Shown here piece by piece: positions 1 to 10,400 of a stretch of DNA of 62,621 nt (the stretch's first letter is position 1; each line of letters starts with the position of its first letter). The notes under the pieces were generated by a model. That model was given only the letters and a program-made list of their open reading frames with translations, did no database searches and was not told where the DNA came from. The stretch lies in the sequence record SRR22947727_864; one strand, given 5' to 3'. The translations under genes and the position numbers were made by a program.

Positions 1-1464
1 TTGCGCGGCATTGACATGAAATTGCCTTCCGGTCAGGTCAGTGTTTTGATGGGCGCCAATGGCGCAGGAAAATCAACACTGGTAAAAATTCTATGTGGGG
101 TGCATTCACCTGATACCGGGCATATTAAACTTTTTGGATCTCCGTTTAAGCCAAGATCACCTATTGAGGCCTCTAGAAATGGCGTGATCACTGTACATCA
201 ATCAATCAATGATGGTGTTATTCCCGACCTTGATGTGACGTCGAATCTTTTGTTGGATAATTTGGCGCAGCCTGGAAAAAAAATGTTTTTAAAGCGTGCG
301 GAAATGAAAGCGCGAGCTGCCAAAATAGCCAAATCTGTTGGGTTTGACGCGGACCTGGATGTTGCAGTTTCTAGATTGGGTATTGCCGACCGACAATTGA
401 TTGCGATCGCGCGTGCTGTTGCTTGCAACCCTAAGCTCCTGATTTTGGATGAACCAACTTCCTCATTATCTGCCGTCGAAGCGAAAAGACTGTTTGAGGT
501 AATTAAAACGTTAAAGCGTGACGGAGTCGCTATTCTTTATATTTCGCATCGGATGTCAGATATAAGAGCTATTGCAGACCGTATCTTGGCGATGCGGGAT
601 GGCCAAATTTCCGGTAAGTTTGAGGGAGAGAATTTAGACTACGAAGGCGCAGTTACCGCAATGTTGGGTCAGAAAATGAGTGATTTTAAGATCGATGTAG
701 CTGAGGGTTCTTCCCCGGTCTTGCAACTAAGTGATCTGCGTCTCTCGGACGAAAGTGACCCTGTGGAAATTACAGTCTCGCGTGGTGAAATTGTAGCTAT
801 TACTGGTTTACTCGGCAGCGGCAAAAGCTTGCTATCTTCAATTTTATTTGGCTTGGAAAAGCCTGCAAGCGGCAAAGTTTATCTAGAAGGTACGATTTTT
901 GAGCCCAAGAGCCCTGCTGATGCAATATATCGTGGTGTTCATATGAGCCCTAAAGATCGGGCAAATAATGCAGTCGTGGGCGACTTTGACATTGAAGCGA
1001 ATTTGACACTGCCGTTTACAAAGAATTTTTCAAACCTTGGCTTTATCGATAGAAAAAGGCAGTATTCCGTTTGCAGTGATATGATCGATACAATTGGAAT
1101 TGTGTGCCAGAGCGGAAAAGATGCAATTGAAACGTTGTCGGGTGGTAATCAGCAAAAAGTTATTGTTGGTCGCTGGCTTTTGAAGCCTTGCAAGGTTCTG
1201 ATACTTGATGAGCCTTTTCAGGGTGTGGATATTAAAGCGCGGCGCGACATCGGCGGGCATATCAGGGCCACTTCAGATAATCGCGCCACATTAGTTTTTG
1301 TGTCTGAGCTTGATGAGGCAATTGAAATAGCAGATCGAATAATAGTCTTGCACGAAAAGGCCATTGTCGGTGAGCATGTGAATAGAAATATAGACCTTTC
1401 AGAGCTGTTGTCCCAGGTTTCTGGAAATTCTAATCCTCTCAAACAGGCTGAAGTTATAGAATGA
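1..1464 (+). CDS. Sugar (CUT2/RbsA-like) ABC transporter ATP-binding protein, probably 5'-truncated by the window edge
   Basis: Two ABC domains: Walker A GANGAGKST, LLILDEPT, YISH; second domain LSGGNQQKV, LILDEPFQG. Confidence 0.93.
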   Translation: MRGIDMKLPSGQVSVLMGANGAGKSTLVKILCGVHSPDTGHIKLFGSPFKPRSPIEASRNGVITVHQSINDGVIPDLDVTSNLLLDNLAQPGKKMFLKRAEMKARAAKIAKSVGFDADLDVAVSRLGIADRQLIAIARAVACNPKLLILDEPTSSLSAVEAKRLFEVIKTLKRDGVAILYISHRMSDIRAIADRILAMRDGQISGKFEGENLDYEGAVTAMLGQKMSDFKIDVAEGSSPVLQLSDLRLSDESDPVEITVSRGEIVAITGLLGSGKSLLSSILFGLEKPASGKVYLEGTIFEPKSPADAIYRGVHMSPKDRANNAVVGDFDIEANLTLPFTKNFSNLGFIDRKRQYSVCSDMIDTIGIVCQSGKDAIETLSGGNQQKVIVGRWLLKPCKVLILDEPFQGVDIKARRDIGGHIRATSDNRATLVFVSELDEAIEIADRIIVLHEKAIVGEHVNRNIDLSELLSQVSGNSNPLKQAEVIE

Positions 1465-2474
1465 AAAAAGATATACTAAGAGAGTTCGCCATTCGTTTTG
1501 GATTTATAATCCTTGCGGGATTATTGGTTTTATTTTTTAGTATTTTTGCCAATGGTTTTGCAGGCCCCCGCTCAGCTGTATTTATTTTTCAATCTGTGGC
1601 TATAACTGGTATTTTGGCTTTAGGAGTTACCTGCACTTTGGTAGTGGATGGTTTCGATCTTTCGATAGGGTCGGTCGCAACTTCAGCATTAATGCTGTCT
1701 GCTTACATGATGGTTGTATTGGAACAAAGCGCTGTGGTTGCCGTGATCGCTTGTTTGTTAATGGGCGCGGCTGTTGGGTTTGTGAATGGAATTTTAATTG
1801 TAAAAATGCGCGTGCCTGATTTATTGGCAACGTTAGGCATGATGTTTCTGCTGATAGGTTTACAAAGAATCCCCACTGAAGGCCGTTCGATTTCGACAGG
1901 TATGAGGCTTCCCGGAGGCGAAGTTGCAGATGGTACTTTTGCAGAAGGCTTCTTATGGCTCGGTCGGCACAGAATTGATTTGTTTTTGGAAAAATTAATT
2001 CCGGTGCCCGTCATAATATTTTTGGCTATTTCGGTGTTAATTTGGGTTTTTTTAGAAAAAACCCGCCACGGTCGGCTTATGTATGCTATAGGCTCTAACG
2101 AGCGGGCAGCTGCATTGGCCGGTACAAATGTGTTTAATTATAAGATCTTAGCATATATGATATCGGGTGTCACAGCTTCCATTGGAGGCATCTTACTAGC
2201 GGCGCGCTTGGGACGAGGCGATATTGCTTCAGGAAATAATTTGCTCCTCGATAGCGTGGCCGCCGCTTTGATTGGTTTTGCCGTTTTGGGTGCTGCTAAG
2301 CCAAATGCGTTTGGAACCGCCATCGGCGCATTATTTGTTGGCATTTTATTGCAAGGGCTCACAATGATGAATGCTCCTTATTATACTCAGGACTTTGTAA
2401 AAGGCGCCGTTTTGGTTGTTGCTCTTATCTTCACATTTGCCCTGTCGTCTCGCGTGCGGGGAGGAAGTCACTAA
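1461..2474 (+). CDS. Sugar ABC transporter permease (RbsC-like)
   Basis: Polytopic protein with GFDLSIGS and GRLMYAIGSNERAAALAG motifs; overlaps the ATPase stop. Confidence 0.93.
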   Translation: MKKDILREFAIRFGFIILAGLLVLFFSIFANGFAGPRSAVFIFQSVAITGILALGVTCTLVVDGFDLSIGSVATSALMLSAYMMVVLEQSAVVAVIACLLMGAAVGFVNGILIVKMRVPDLLATLGMMFLLIGLQRIPTEGRSISTGMRLPGGEVADGTFAEGFLWLGRHRIDLFLEKLIPVPVIIFLAISVLIWVFLEKTRHGRLMYAIGSNERAAALAGTNVFNYKILAYMISGVTASIGGILLAARLGRGDIASGNNLLLDSVAAALIGFAVLGAAKPNAFGTAIGALFVGILLQGLTMMNAPYYTQDFVKGAVLVVALIFTFALSSRVRGGSH

Positions 2475-2503
2475 TCTATAACTGTAATCTTAAGGAGAAA
2501 AAA

Positions 2504-3553
2504 ATGAAAAACATTAAACGCAGTATGTTGAGGCTGGTGGGTCTTACGCTCTCAAGTTTTGGGCTGGCAACAACAAGTTTCGCCGCTGATATGCCAGCGC
2601 CATTTGATAATGCTGGGGCTGTGAAAATTGCATTGGTACGGTATCTTTCAACTGGTGATTTCTTTCAAGCTTATTTAGGTGGCGTAGAAGCGCAAGCAGA
2701 TGCGTTAGGTGTGGATTTGCGCGTTTTTGACAGTCGTCAGGACGCCGCTTTACAAGCCGACATGGTTGATCAAGCCATAGCTCTTGGTGTTGATGGCATT
2801 GTTATCCAGCATGGCTTAACCGAGTCTATGAAAGAAGCGGCACAAAGAGCGGTTGATGCCGGCATTAAGGTTGTGGCTTTTGACGTCAATGTAGAAAACG
2901 CCGCGATACCACAAGTAGAACAGTCTGATTATCTACTTGGAAAATTGGCGCTTGAGCAAGCTATCAAAGATAACGGGAATACATTTAAAGCGGGATACGT
3001 ATATGTTCCAGGTATTGCTCCTTTAGACCGTAGAAATGTTGCATGGGAAGAGACCCTTGCGGCAAATTCTGGAATTGAAGAAGCTGCAGTATTCGGCACT
3101 TTAGATAACCCTATCGCAAATACCAATGCCAACCAAGCGCGTTCAGTGCTGCAAGCAAATCCTGATATTACTGTCATGTTCGCGCCTTATGACGAATTTG
3201 CAAAAGGTGTTAAGATCGCAGTAGATGAGGCAGGCTTGACGGACCAGGTAGATATTTATTCCGCTGACGTTTCTACTGCAGATATTTCTGCCATGCGGGA
3301 GCCGGGATCAGCATGGGTCGCAACTGTGGCAACCAATCCCGCAGTTGTTGGTGAAGTTTCTATTCGTTCACTGGCCATTATGCTGGCAGGAGGAGATCCA
3401 GGTGCGAGTGTTATTGTGCCACCAACGTTGATCACTCAAGCGTTTTTGAACGAGCAAGGTATTAAGAATATGGCCGATTTAGGCGCAAAGATGCCACAGT
3501 TTCAACATGCTGATGTTGCGATGACTGGTTGGATGCCTCTGCCGGCGCGTTAA
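2504..3553 (+). CDS. Sugar ABC transporter substrate-binding protein (periplasmic binding protein type I)
   Basis: Signal peptide, AIALGVDGIVI and AGIKVVAFD motifs; RBS AAGGAG. Confidence 0.92.
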   Translation: MKNIKRSMLRLVGLTLSSFGLATTSFAADMPAPFDNAGAVKIALVRYLSTGDFFQAYLGGVEAQADALGVDLRVFDSRQDAALQADMVDQAIALGVDGIVIQHGLTESMKEAAQRAVDAGIKVVAFDVNVENAAIPQVEQSDYLLGKLALEQAIKDNGNTFKAGYVYVPGIAPLDRRNVAWEETLAANSGIEEAAVFGTLDNPIANTNANQARSVLQANPDITVMFAPYDEFAKGVKIAVDEAGLTDQVDIYSADVSTADISAMREPGSAWVATVATNPAVVGEVSIRSLAIMLAGGDPGASVIVPPTLITQAFLNEQGIKNMADLGAKMPQFQHADVAMTGWMPLPAR

Positions 3554-3559
3554 GAAAAT

Positions 3560-3591
3560 GTCTGGTGCGACTTTTCTCTATCGCACCAGAC
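3560..3591 (+). terminator. Hairpin after the ABC operon, probable terminator
   Basis: GTCTGGTGCGA (3560-3570) is the perfect reverse complement of TCGCACCAGAC (3581-3591); no strong U-tract. Confidence 0.6.
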
Positions 3592-3883
3592 TAATGATAC
3601 GCTTGATAGCGTGAAGATGAATATATAAATTTTATTATAAGTCTTTCTTTATTAGGTTATATTGCCAGTTGTTAGCCTGGTTTATTCACAAATTAAGTAG
3701 GTTTGAAGGCCGTTGTTTTTCAAAAAATATTCGATGCGTTTCTTGCAAGCCTGACCAAAAGCCTTAGAAAAGATATTCTATTGCATCTGCGCAGACCACT
3801 CTTGGAGTATTTAGAAAGACTGGTCTAATCAAGCAAAGGCAGTGATAGTAACGCGGCATATGAAAAGGTAGCAGCGTTTCGCC

Positions 3884-4759
3884 ATGACGGACACTCATAA
3901 AGGTTTACTCTACACGTTTCTGGGCGTTTTATGCGTTGTACCGGATTCGCTTTTTGTACGATTGATCACAGCCGAGCCACTGGTGACGGCGTTTTGGAGA
4001 AGCTTAGTCTCTGGTCTTGTTATTTCGGCCGGTTTGCTTGTGTTTAAGGGCGCACCGAGCTTTCGCAATATCTTTTTGATGGGAAAGCTCGGCTGGGCTT
4101 ATTGTTTTTTGATCGGTTCGACATCTCCGGCTTTTGTAATGGCGGTAAGTCAAACCAGCGTTGCGAATGTTGTGTTTATCTTTGCCTCTATGCCGGTGTT
4201 TTCGGCGATTTTCAGCAGCGTGTTTTTGGGCGAACATATTTCAAGGCGCACTGGTCTGACGATAGTTTTCGTGGGGGTTGGGTTGGCGATCATCGCTTAT
4301 GGCTCGGGTGAAAACGAATTGGCGAATTGGACGGGGGATCTTTGGGCGGTCTATGTGTCTGCTGCCTATGCTGGGGCGTTTACAATGCTGCGCCGATTGA
4401 AACATGTTTCAATGATTCCAGCGATTCCCATCGCTTATTTGGGGTCTGCGCTCGTGCTGTTTCCCACGCTTGGCTCTGGGCTTGAGATCGAGACGAATAT
4501 TATGCTTTATATTTTGCATGGTGTTTTCATCGCTTTGGGCACTTGCTTCCTGACGCTTGGCCCGCGTTATATCAGTGCTCCGGAAGTGTCGCTCTTGATC
4601 TTACTTGAATCTGTATTGGCGCCGCTGCTGGTCTGGGCGGTGATTTCGGAAAATCCGGGCTTTTGGGCGCTTGCCGGAGGCGGTGTTGTGATTGGTGCTT
4701 TGCTGGTTTCGAATGGAAGTTTGTTCCTTAAAACCGCTAAATCGCCTAAAGTCCTTTGA
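3884..4759 (+). CDS. DMT/EamA family transporter
   Basis: About 10 TM segments, duplicated EamA pattern (FSSVFLGEHI; PLLVWAVISENP). Confidence 0.88.
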   Translation: MTDTHKGLLYTFLGVLCVVPDSLFVRLITAEPLVTAFWRSLVSGLVISAGLLVFKGAPSFRNIFLMGKLGWAYCFLIGSTSPAFVMAVSQTSVANVVFIFASMPVFSAIFSSVFLGEHISRRTGLTIVFVGVGLAIIAYGSGENELANWTGDLWAVYVSAAYAGAFTMLRRLKHVSMIPAIPIAYLGSALVLFPTLGSGLEIETNIMLYILHGVFIALGTCFLTLGPRYISAPEVSLLILLESVLAPLLVWAVISENPGFWALAGGGVVIGALLVSNGSLFLKTAKSPKVL

Positions 4760-6662
4760 TATGTTTATAAATCGTTGTGCGCGACACACCCAATCTGCGC
4801 GCCACAAGACTGATATTACCGCCTGAATCCATCCAGGTTTTCTGGATTAAAACGCAGCTTTCTTTGCGCATGGGCGATTGCGCGCAAGGGGCGCAAGGGA
4901 TAATTTCACCACCCGACATATTTTGGTCCCCTTCGATGGCCTCGGGGCGGAGGATCGTCGTGGCGGAATTGGCAACCAGCACTTGCAGCATTTTTTTCAG
5001 CTGGCGTATATGGCCGGGCCATTCCCGCGTTTCCAAAAGGTCAAGAGCCGGTTTTGATAATATATGCTCGGGCGAAATCTCTTTCAAAAGCTCTGCCGCC
5101 AGCTTTCTAAAATCCATTCTTTGCGCTAGACTGGGCAACAATATCTGCGCGCCGAAAATGCTGTCTAGAAACTCGGGATCCATATCATGCTCTGTACGCA
5201 AGTCTTGCAGGGATAACCTGCTCGACACAAATACCGCCGCAATTTTATGTTCATAATCGCCCAACTCACATTCTTGGCGCGCCTCAAAGATTTGAACAAA
5301 CGTGTTTTGTACGGGCAGCGGCAGATTTTCAATGCCGCTGATAAACAGGCTGCCGCCTTGGGCTTTGCGCAGCTTAGTCTGCGCCAAAGTTGACCCGTTT
5401 GGCTGAAAGTAAGCCAGCTTGCCTTCGGGGCCAAACAACAGCTCTTCGTGGTTTTCTGCGGTTAATAAATTACATTTTATTTCGACAAAAGGTCGTTTGG
5501 GCAGATATGTTTCATGTAATTCTTGCGCGGTGGCCTTTTTCCCAGAGCCCCTGGGCCCTTCGATAAAGATCGGCAAATCATGTGTTAATGCCCGCTCTGC
5601 CCGCATTAAATGGCGCTTTAAGCCCGAATCTTCGGAGATATAACAACGCGTTTGCGGTTTATCATCTGGCGTAAGTGTCCGACCGCCTTGATCTAACAGC
5701 GCGGCTGAGGATGCCGTTAAGAGCGACGCGCCTTTTGGATTAATTTCAATAATTCGTTTGGTGGTGGGCTCTTTCATCGCCATAAAAACGGCCGATCCCA
5801 TCGCATCGTGGATGCGGATGATTTCATTCGAATTTAACCGATTGGCGATGCTCGAATAAGGTATCGCGAAAATATCACCAAAATGGCGCTTATGCGACAG
5901 GTTAAGCCCATTGAGCATAATTTTTGCATTTATATTTGCACCGTCGATAAAGCCATGTTCATCCACGGCCAGCAAAGCGGCGCTGGTGGTGGAAAGATAT
6001 TCATGGCGCGCGTGAAAGCTGATGATCGATGAGTTGCGGAACTCATCAATAAACAATCTGTTTTCCACATTCTTACATGCCAGCTTAACCAAAGCCAGCG
6101 TATGTTGTTGGCGCGATGAAGCATCCGATGTTGCGTCTATCATGCCCACAATTTCATTGTTTTGGCCATATATCGGCGCTGCAAAGCAAGAAAGATCGCC
6201 TAATTTTCGAAAAAAATGGTCGCGGCCGGCAACGATTTGCGAGGTGCCCGTATGCAGGCACAGCCCCAAGGCATTCGTGCCGCGGTAATTTTCTGTCCAA
6301 ATTGAACCAGGGATGACCGCGCGGCCCGCATCGCTGGTTTTGAACTCTTCATCCAGCAGCGCATCTAAAACCACTCCGCTGCTATCGGCATAGGCAACCA
6401 TGAAATTGGTCCCCGCGATTTGATTGTATAAAAGCTCCAATTCCGGCGCGACAAATTGTTTTATATATTCGTTCTTTTGCGTGATTTCTAAAAACTCTGT
6501 TTCTGATTTCACTGCATCAACAGGCTTTCCATTTGGGTCTAATCCAAAAGAAGAACTGCGCCGCCAACTGGCTGCAAGCGAGGCTTGAGAGATCTTAATC
6601 TCTGTTCCAAGCGCGGTTTGCGTCAAGGTCTCATCTTTGAAACGATTGCCCAATTGGCTCAT
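4746..6662 (-). CDS. AcoR-like GAF-PAS-AAA-Fis HTH transcriptional regulator with degenerate AAA+ domain
   Basis: ASWRRS, PGSIWTENYRGTNALG (AcoR-type GAF), GPRGSGKK, WPGHIRQL, GNISLVARRLGVSRTTIYK; ATG 6662 preceded by GGAGG. Confidence 0.88.
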   Translation of the reverse strand: MSQLGNRFKDETLTQTALGTEIKISQASLAASWRRSSSFGLDPNGKPVDAVKSETEFLEITQKNEYIKQFVAPELELLYNQIAGTNFMVAYADSSGVVLDALLDEEFKTSDAGRAVIPGSIWTENYRGTNALGLCLHTGTSQIVAGRDHFFRKLGDLSCFAAPIYGQNNEIVGMIDATSDASSRQQHTLALVKLACKNVENRLFIDEFRNSSIISFHARHEYLSTTSAALLAVDEHGFIDGANINAKIMLNGLNLSHKRHFGDIFAIPYSSIANRLNSNEIIRIHDAMGSAVFMAMKEPTTKRIIEINPKGASLLTASSAALLDQGGRTLTPDDKPQTRCYISEDSGLKRHLMRAERALTHDLPIFIEGPRGSGKKATAQELHETYLPKRPFVEIKCNLLTAENHEELLFGPEGKLAYFQPNGSTLAQTKLRKAQGGSLFISGIENLPLPVQNTFVQIFEARQECELGDYEHKIAAVFVSSRLSLQDLRTEHDMDPEFLDSIFGAQILLPSLAQRMDFRKLAAELLKEISPEHILSKPALDLLETREWPGHIRQLKKMLQVLVANSATTILRPEAIEGDQNMSGGEIIPCAPCAQSPMRKESCVLIQKTWMDSGGNISLVARRLGVSRTTIYKHIKGL

Positions 6663-6722
6663 ATCCACCTCCCTTCTTCATTTATAATAGCGCCAAATAA
6701 CGGATGCCTCAAATTGGCCATT

Positions 6723-6770
6723 TGTTCACAAACTGAACACAAATTAGGCGGGTCTGCACATATTTGAACA
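6723..6770. promoter_or_regulatory. Putative operator: TGTTCA-N5-TGAACA palindrome plus a degenerate second site
   Basis: TGTTCACAAACTGAACA at 6723-6739 and TCTGCACATATTTGAACA at 6753-6770, between the divergent regulator and adh. Confidence 0.55.
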
Positions 6771-6839
6771 ATTATATGGATTGTTTAGCTGAAAAACCAA
6801 GCAATATTCAGCAGGAGTTCTGAGAATGAAAGGCATATT

Positions 6840-7892
6840 ATGAAAGCGCAGGTGCTGAAGCAATACGACGATGATCTAACAGCATCGTCTTGGGTGGATC
6901 TGGAAAATGTTCCCGATCCGAAAATCGAAAAAGCCAGCGATGTCATCGTGCGCATCGGCGGCGCAGGGGTCTGCAGAACAGATCTTCACATTATTGAGGG
7001 CGTTTGGCGCGAGGCAACCGATGCTGACCGTAAATTACTGCCATTGATTATGGGTCATGAGAATGCGGGCTGGATCGAAGATGTGGGCAGTGAAGTCGAG
7101 GGGCTTAAAAAAGGCGACCCCGTCATCGTGCACCCTAAAATCACCGGTGGCACTTGTCTGGCGTGCCGCCGTGGTCATGACATGCATGGAGAGAACGGAT
7201 CTTTCCCTGGCGTTGACTGCGATGGAGGATACGCAGAGGCGCTGAAAACATCTGTGCGCAACATCGTGAAACTGCCGCAGACTTTGATTCCAAAGGAAGT
7301 GGCGGCCTATGCAGATGCGGGCCTTACAGCCTATCGCGCAGCGAAGAAAGCATCGCGTCACCTGTTGCCGGGTGAGAAATGCGTTGTGATCGGATCTGGT
7401 GGTTTGGGCCATATCGGCATTCAGGTTTTGCGGGCCATGTGCGCGGCAGATATTATCGTTGTTGACCCCTCTGATATGGCGTTGAAGCTTGCGGAAAGCT
7501 GCGGAGCGGATGCGCTCGTCAAGGCGGATGGCAATGAGGTTGAAAAGGTATTGGAGCTGACCAAAGGGTTGGGCGCCGAAGCAGTTTTGGACTTTGTGGC
7601 CGAGCGCGGCACAACCGCCAAAGGCCTTGCGATGACGCGGGCGATGGGCAGCTATTATGTTGTTGGATATGGCGAAGATATCAATGTTAGCGCGTTTGAG
7701 ATGATCACGACCGAGAAGAATATCATCGGTAACTTGGTCGGAACATGGGCTGAGCTGACCGAATTGATGTCTTTGGCAGATAAGGGTCAGGTTCATTTGG
7801 CAACGCAGGAATACAGCTTGGAAGATGCAAATCTGGCTTTGCAAGATTTGAATAACGGCAAGGTAAAAGGGCGGGGCGTCCTTGTACCTTAA
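6840..7892 (+). CDS. Zinc-dependent NAD(P) alcohol dehydrogenase (MDR family)
   Basis: GVCRTDLH, GHENAG, GSGGLG followed by acidic VVD (NAD preference). Confidence 0.93.
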   Translation: MKAQVLKQYDDDLTASSWVDLENVPDPKIEKASDVIVRIGGAGVCRTDLHIIEGVWREATDADRKLLPLIMGHENAGWIEDVGSEVEGLKKGDPVIVHPKITGGTCLACRRGHDMHGENGSFPGVDCDGGYAEALKTSVRNIVKLPQTLIPKEVAAYADAGLTAYRAAKKASRHLLPGEKCVVIGSGGLGHIGIQVLRAMCAADIIVVDPSDMALKLAESCGADALVKADGNEVEKVLELTKGLGAEAVLDFVAERGTTAKGLAMTRAMGSYYVVGYGEDINVSAFEMITTEKNIIGNLVGTWAELTELMSLADKGQVHLATQEYSLEDANLALQDLNNGKVKGRGVLVP

Positions 7893-7923
7893 TTAAATAC
7901 GAAACCTACTGGGAGGAAGTAAA

Positions 7924-9459
7924 ATGAAGACAAAAGTGAGCATAAGCCTATTGGCGGCGGGCGCAGCCCTGCTGGCTGGTACGGCGCAAGCGGATAAGTG
8001 GAGCGATCAGTTTCCGCATATCAAAAACACGGGTGATATCGCGGGCGAATGCTCTTATGAGTCGATGTCGCAGAAAGATTACAGCGGTCAAAAGCTGACG
8101 ATCAACACCCATGCCGTGCCTGTTATGGGCGAGCCAACAGCGCTTCACGCTGAGCAGTTTAGCGCATTGACAGGCGCTGAGGTGAACGTCATTCACACGC
8201 CGGCAGGGGATCTTTATTCAAAAGCGATGGTTCCGTTTCAAGCCGGTCAGTCGCCGTATGATATCGTGTTTGGCTTTTCCAACTTTATCCGCGACTGGAA
8301 GCAATATTTGCAGCCCGTGCCAGCGAAATATGTGAACATGGCGCAAATGCAAGACGTTACGCAGAGTCATATTGATGTGAACTCTTGGGGCGGTGAAATG
8401 ATCCAATTTCCAATCGATGGGGATCGTCATTATCTAAAATATCGCAAAGACGTGATAGACAACCCTGAATATCAGGCAAAATATAAAGCCGAAACGGGCA
8501 ATGAATTACGCATTCCGCAAACGTGGAAAGAATATGGCGAGATGGCTGCATTCTTCAATGGTTGGGATTGGGATAATGACGGCGAACTGGAATATGGTTC
8601 AGCCGAAGTTATGAAGAAAGACGATCTGATGTTCGCGGCGTTTTTCAGCCGGTCAGTGGCCTATTCAAAGAACCCGCGGGTTAAGGGTGGTTTCTTCTTT
8701 GATCTGGAAACCATGGAACCATTGGTCAATGGACCGGGTTTTGTGGAAGCACTGACAGATTGGGTGGAAGCAACCAAATATGTGCCACCAGGTGGCATTA
8801 ACTTTGGCCTTGGCGATGAAATCAACTCATTTGGCGGTGGACAGACATTGTTCAGCTTCTCATGGGATGATGCGTTTGTGGCAGCGATGCAAGATGACAG
8901 CCCGATCAAGAACAAAGTGGGCGCAGCACCATTGCCGGGGTCAAACCGGGTGTGGAACCGCAACAGCGCAGCTTGGGAAGATACGTATAACCAAGCGCCC
9001 TACATTGTTTGGGGCTGGACAGCTGCGGTTGCCAAGAAAAGCAAAAACCACGAGATGGCGTTTGACTATCTGTGCTTCTTTGCCAATGACGCCAACCACC
9101 AAGCCGATATTGCGATTGGTCGCTTCGGTGTGAACCCGTTCAAGAAATCTGATTTTGTGCCTGAGATTTATGTTGAGCGTCAAGGTTGGGATCCTGAAAT
9201 TGCCAAGCAATATGCGGATACTCTGATGGAAATGGAAGAAGGCAGCACTAACCGTGTGTTCCCATTGCGGGTGCCAGGTGTCTTCCAATTCAACAGCGCC
9301 ATCGCAACGGGCACATCGAAAGCTTTGGCGGGACAATTGTCACCGCAAGAAGCTTTGGATGAAGTGGCCGCTGAGTGGACAAAAATTGTGAAACGTATCG
9401 GAGCCGATACAATTCGCGAAGCTTATGCTATTGGTGTTGCGCTGGAAGACGCAGAGTAA
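7924..9459 (+). CDS. Carbohydrate/polyol ABC transporter substrate-binding protein (SBP family 1)
   Basis: Signal peptide AQA, YRKD, PQTWKEY, AGQLSPQEALD; RBS GGGAGG. Confidence 0.9.
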   Translation: MKTKVSISLLAAGAALLAGTAQADKWSDQFPHIKNTGDIAGECSYESMSQKDYSGQKLTINTHAVPVMGEPTALHAEQFSALTGAEVNVIHTPAGDLYSKAMVPFQAGQSPYDIVFGFSNFIRDWKQYLQPVPAKYVNMAQMQDVTQSHIDVNSWGGEMIQFPIDGDRHYLKYRKDVIDNPEYQAKYKAETGNELRIPQTWKEYGEMAAFFNGWDWDNDGELEYGSAEVMKKDDLMFAAFFSRSVAYSKNPRVKGGFFFDLETMEPLVNGPGFVEALTDWVEATKYVPPGGINFGLGDEINSFGGGQTLFSFSWDDAFVAAMQDDSPIKNKVGAAPLPGSNRVWNRNSAAWEDTYNQAPYIVWGWTAAVAKKSKNHEMAFDYLCFFANDANHQADIAIGRFGVNPFKKSDFVPEIYVERQGWDPEIAKQYADTLMEMEEGSTNRVFPLRVPGVFQFNSAIATGTSKALAGQLSPQEALDEVAAEWTKIVKRIGADTIREAYAIGVALEDAE

Positions 9460-9483
9460 GCTTTATAGTAACTTAAGAGTATT

Positions 9484-9509
9484 GGAGCGTCCCTTTTTTG
9501 GGGCGCTTC
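9484..9509 (+). promoter_or_regulatory. Intra-operonic hairpin after the SBP gene (mRNA stabiliser or partial terminator)
   Basis: GGAGCGTCCC-TTTTTT-GGGGCGCTTC stem-loop. Confidence 0.5.
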
Positions 9510-9531
9510 TTATAAAACAGGGCGATGATCA

Positions 9532-10398
9532 ATGAACTTCAAACATAAATATATGTTTTTGCTTCCGGGGCTTTTGGTCCTTCTGGGCATTTTGATATTT
9601 CCAATTGGGTTTACAGTACGCTTAAGCCTTTCAAGTTGGGACAGTTTCTACCCTGGTTTAGATTTTATTGGCATAGAGAATTATATCCGCTTGTTCACCG
9701 ATGATACGCGGTTTTGGGAGGCGTTTGGCCGCTTGAGCTTGCTGTCACTCACCACCGTATTTCTGCAATATGTGATCGGGTTTGCATTGGCGCTCATGGT
9801 TTGGAAAGACATTGTATTTCAGAGATTTTTCCGGGTTTTGTTCTTAATCCCGATGATGACAACACCGGTGATTATGACCGTTATCTGGCGTACTTTTTTC
9901 CATGAATCGCTTGGACCGGTGAATGATTTCTTTAGTTTGTTCGGGATGACGCCACTTTGGCTCAGTAGCGAGCTGCTTGCTAAATTCACAGTGGTTTTGG
10001 TTGAGGTTTGGCAATGGACGCCGTTTATGTTCCTGCTGTTATTGGCGGGTCTTTTATCGCTGCCGAAAGAGCCGTTTCTGGCCGCCTCAATCGATGGCGC
10101 AGGGCCCATCCGAACCTTTGTTTACGTGACCTTTCCATTGATGGCGCCAATTTCGATCGGAGCGATTATTATCCGGCTGATTGAAGCCTCGAAAATTATG
10201 GATACGGTCTATGTATTAACCTCGGGCGGGCCGGGCACGGCCACTGAGACATCTAGTTTTTATATTTTCATCAAAGGCTTGCGCGAATTCCAATTTGGCT
10301 ATTCTGCAGCGCTGTCTTTGACCTATCTGATCATCATGATCATCAGTTTTACGATCATTGCAAAGATTTTGGTGAAACTGATGGTACGGGGTAATTAA
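9532..10398 (+). CDS. CUT1 ABC transporter permease 1
   Basis: WQWTPF, AASIDGA (EAA loop), VLTSGGPG. Confidence 0.93.
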   Translation: MNFKHKYMFLLPGLLVLLGILIFPIGFTVRLSLSSWDSFYPGLDFIGIENYIRLFTDDTRFWEAFGRLSLLSLTTVFLQYVIGFALALMVWKDIVFQRFFRVLFLIPMMTTPVIMTVIWRTFFHESLGPVNDFFSLFGMTPLWLSSELLAKFTVVLVEVWQWTPFMFLLLLAGLLSLPKEPFLAASIDGAGPIRTFVYVTFPLMAPISIGAIIIRLIEASKIMDTVYVLTSGGPGTATETSSFYIFIKGLREFQFGYSAALSLTYLIIMIISFTIIAKILVKLMVRGN

Positions 10399-10400
10399 TC

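Noticed and set aside
7035-7844. 269-aa antisense ORF, and the similar shadow ORFs over other genes
   Set aside because: Fully antisense to well-supported genes, with no motifs
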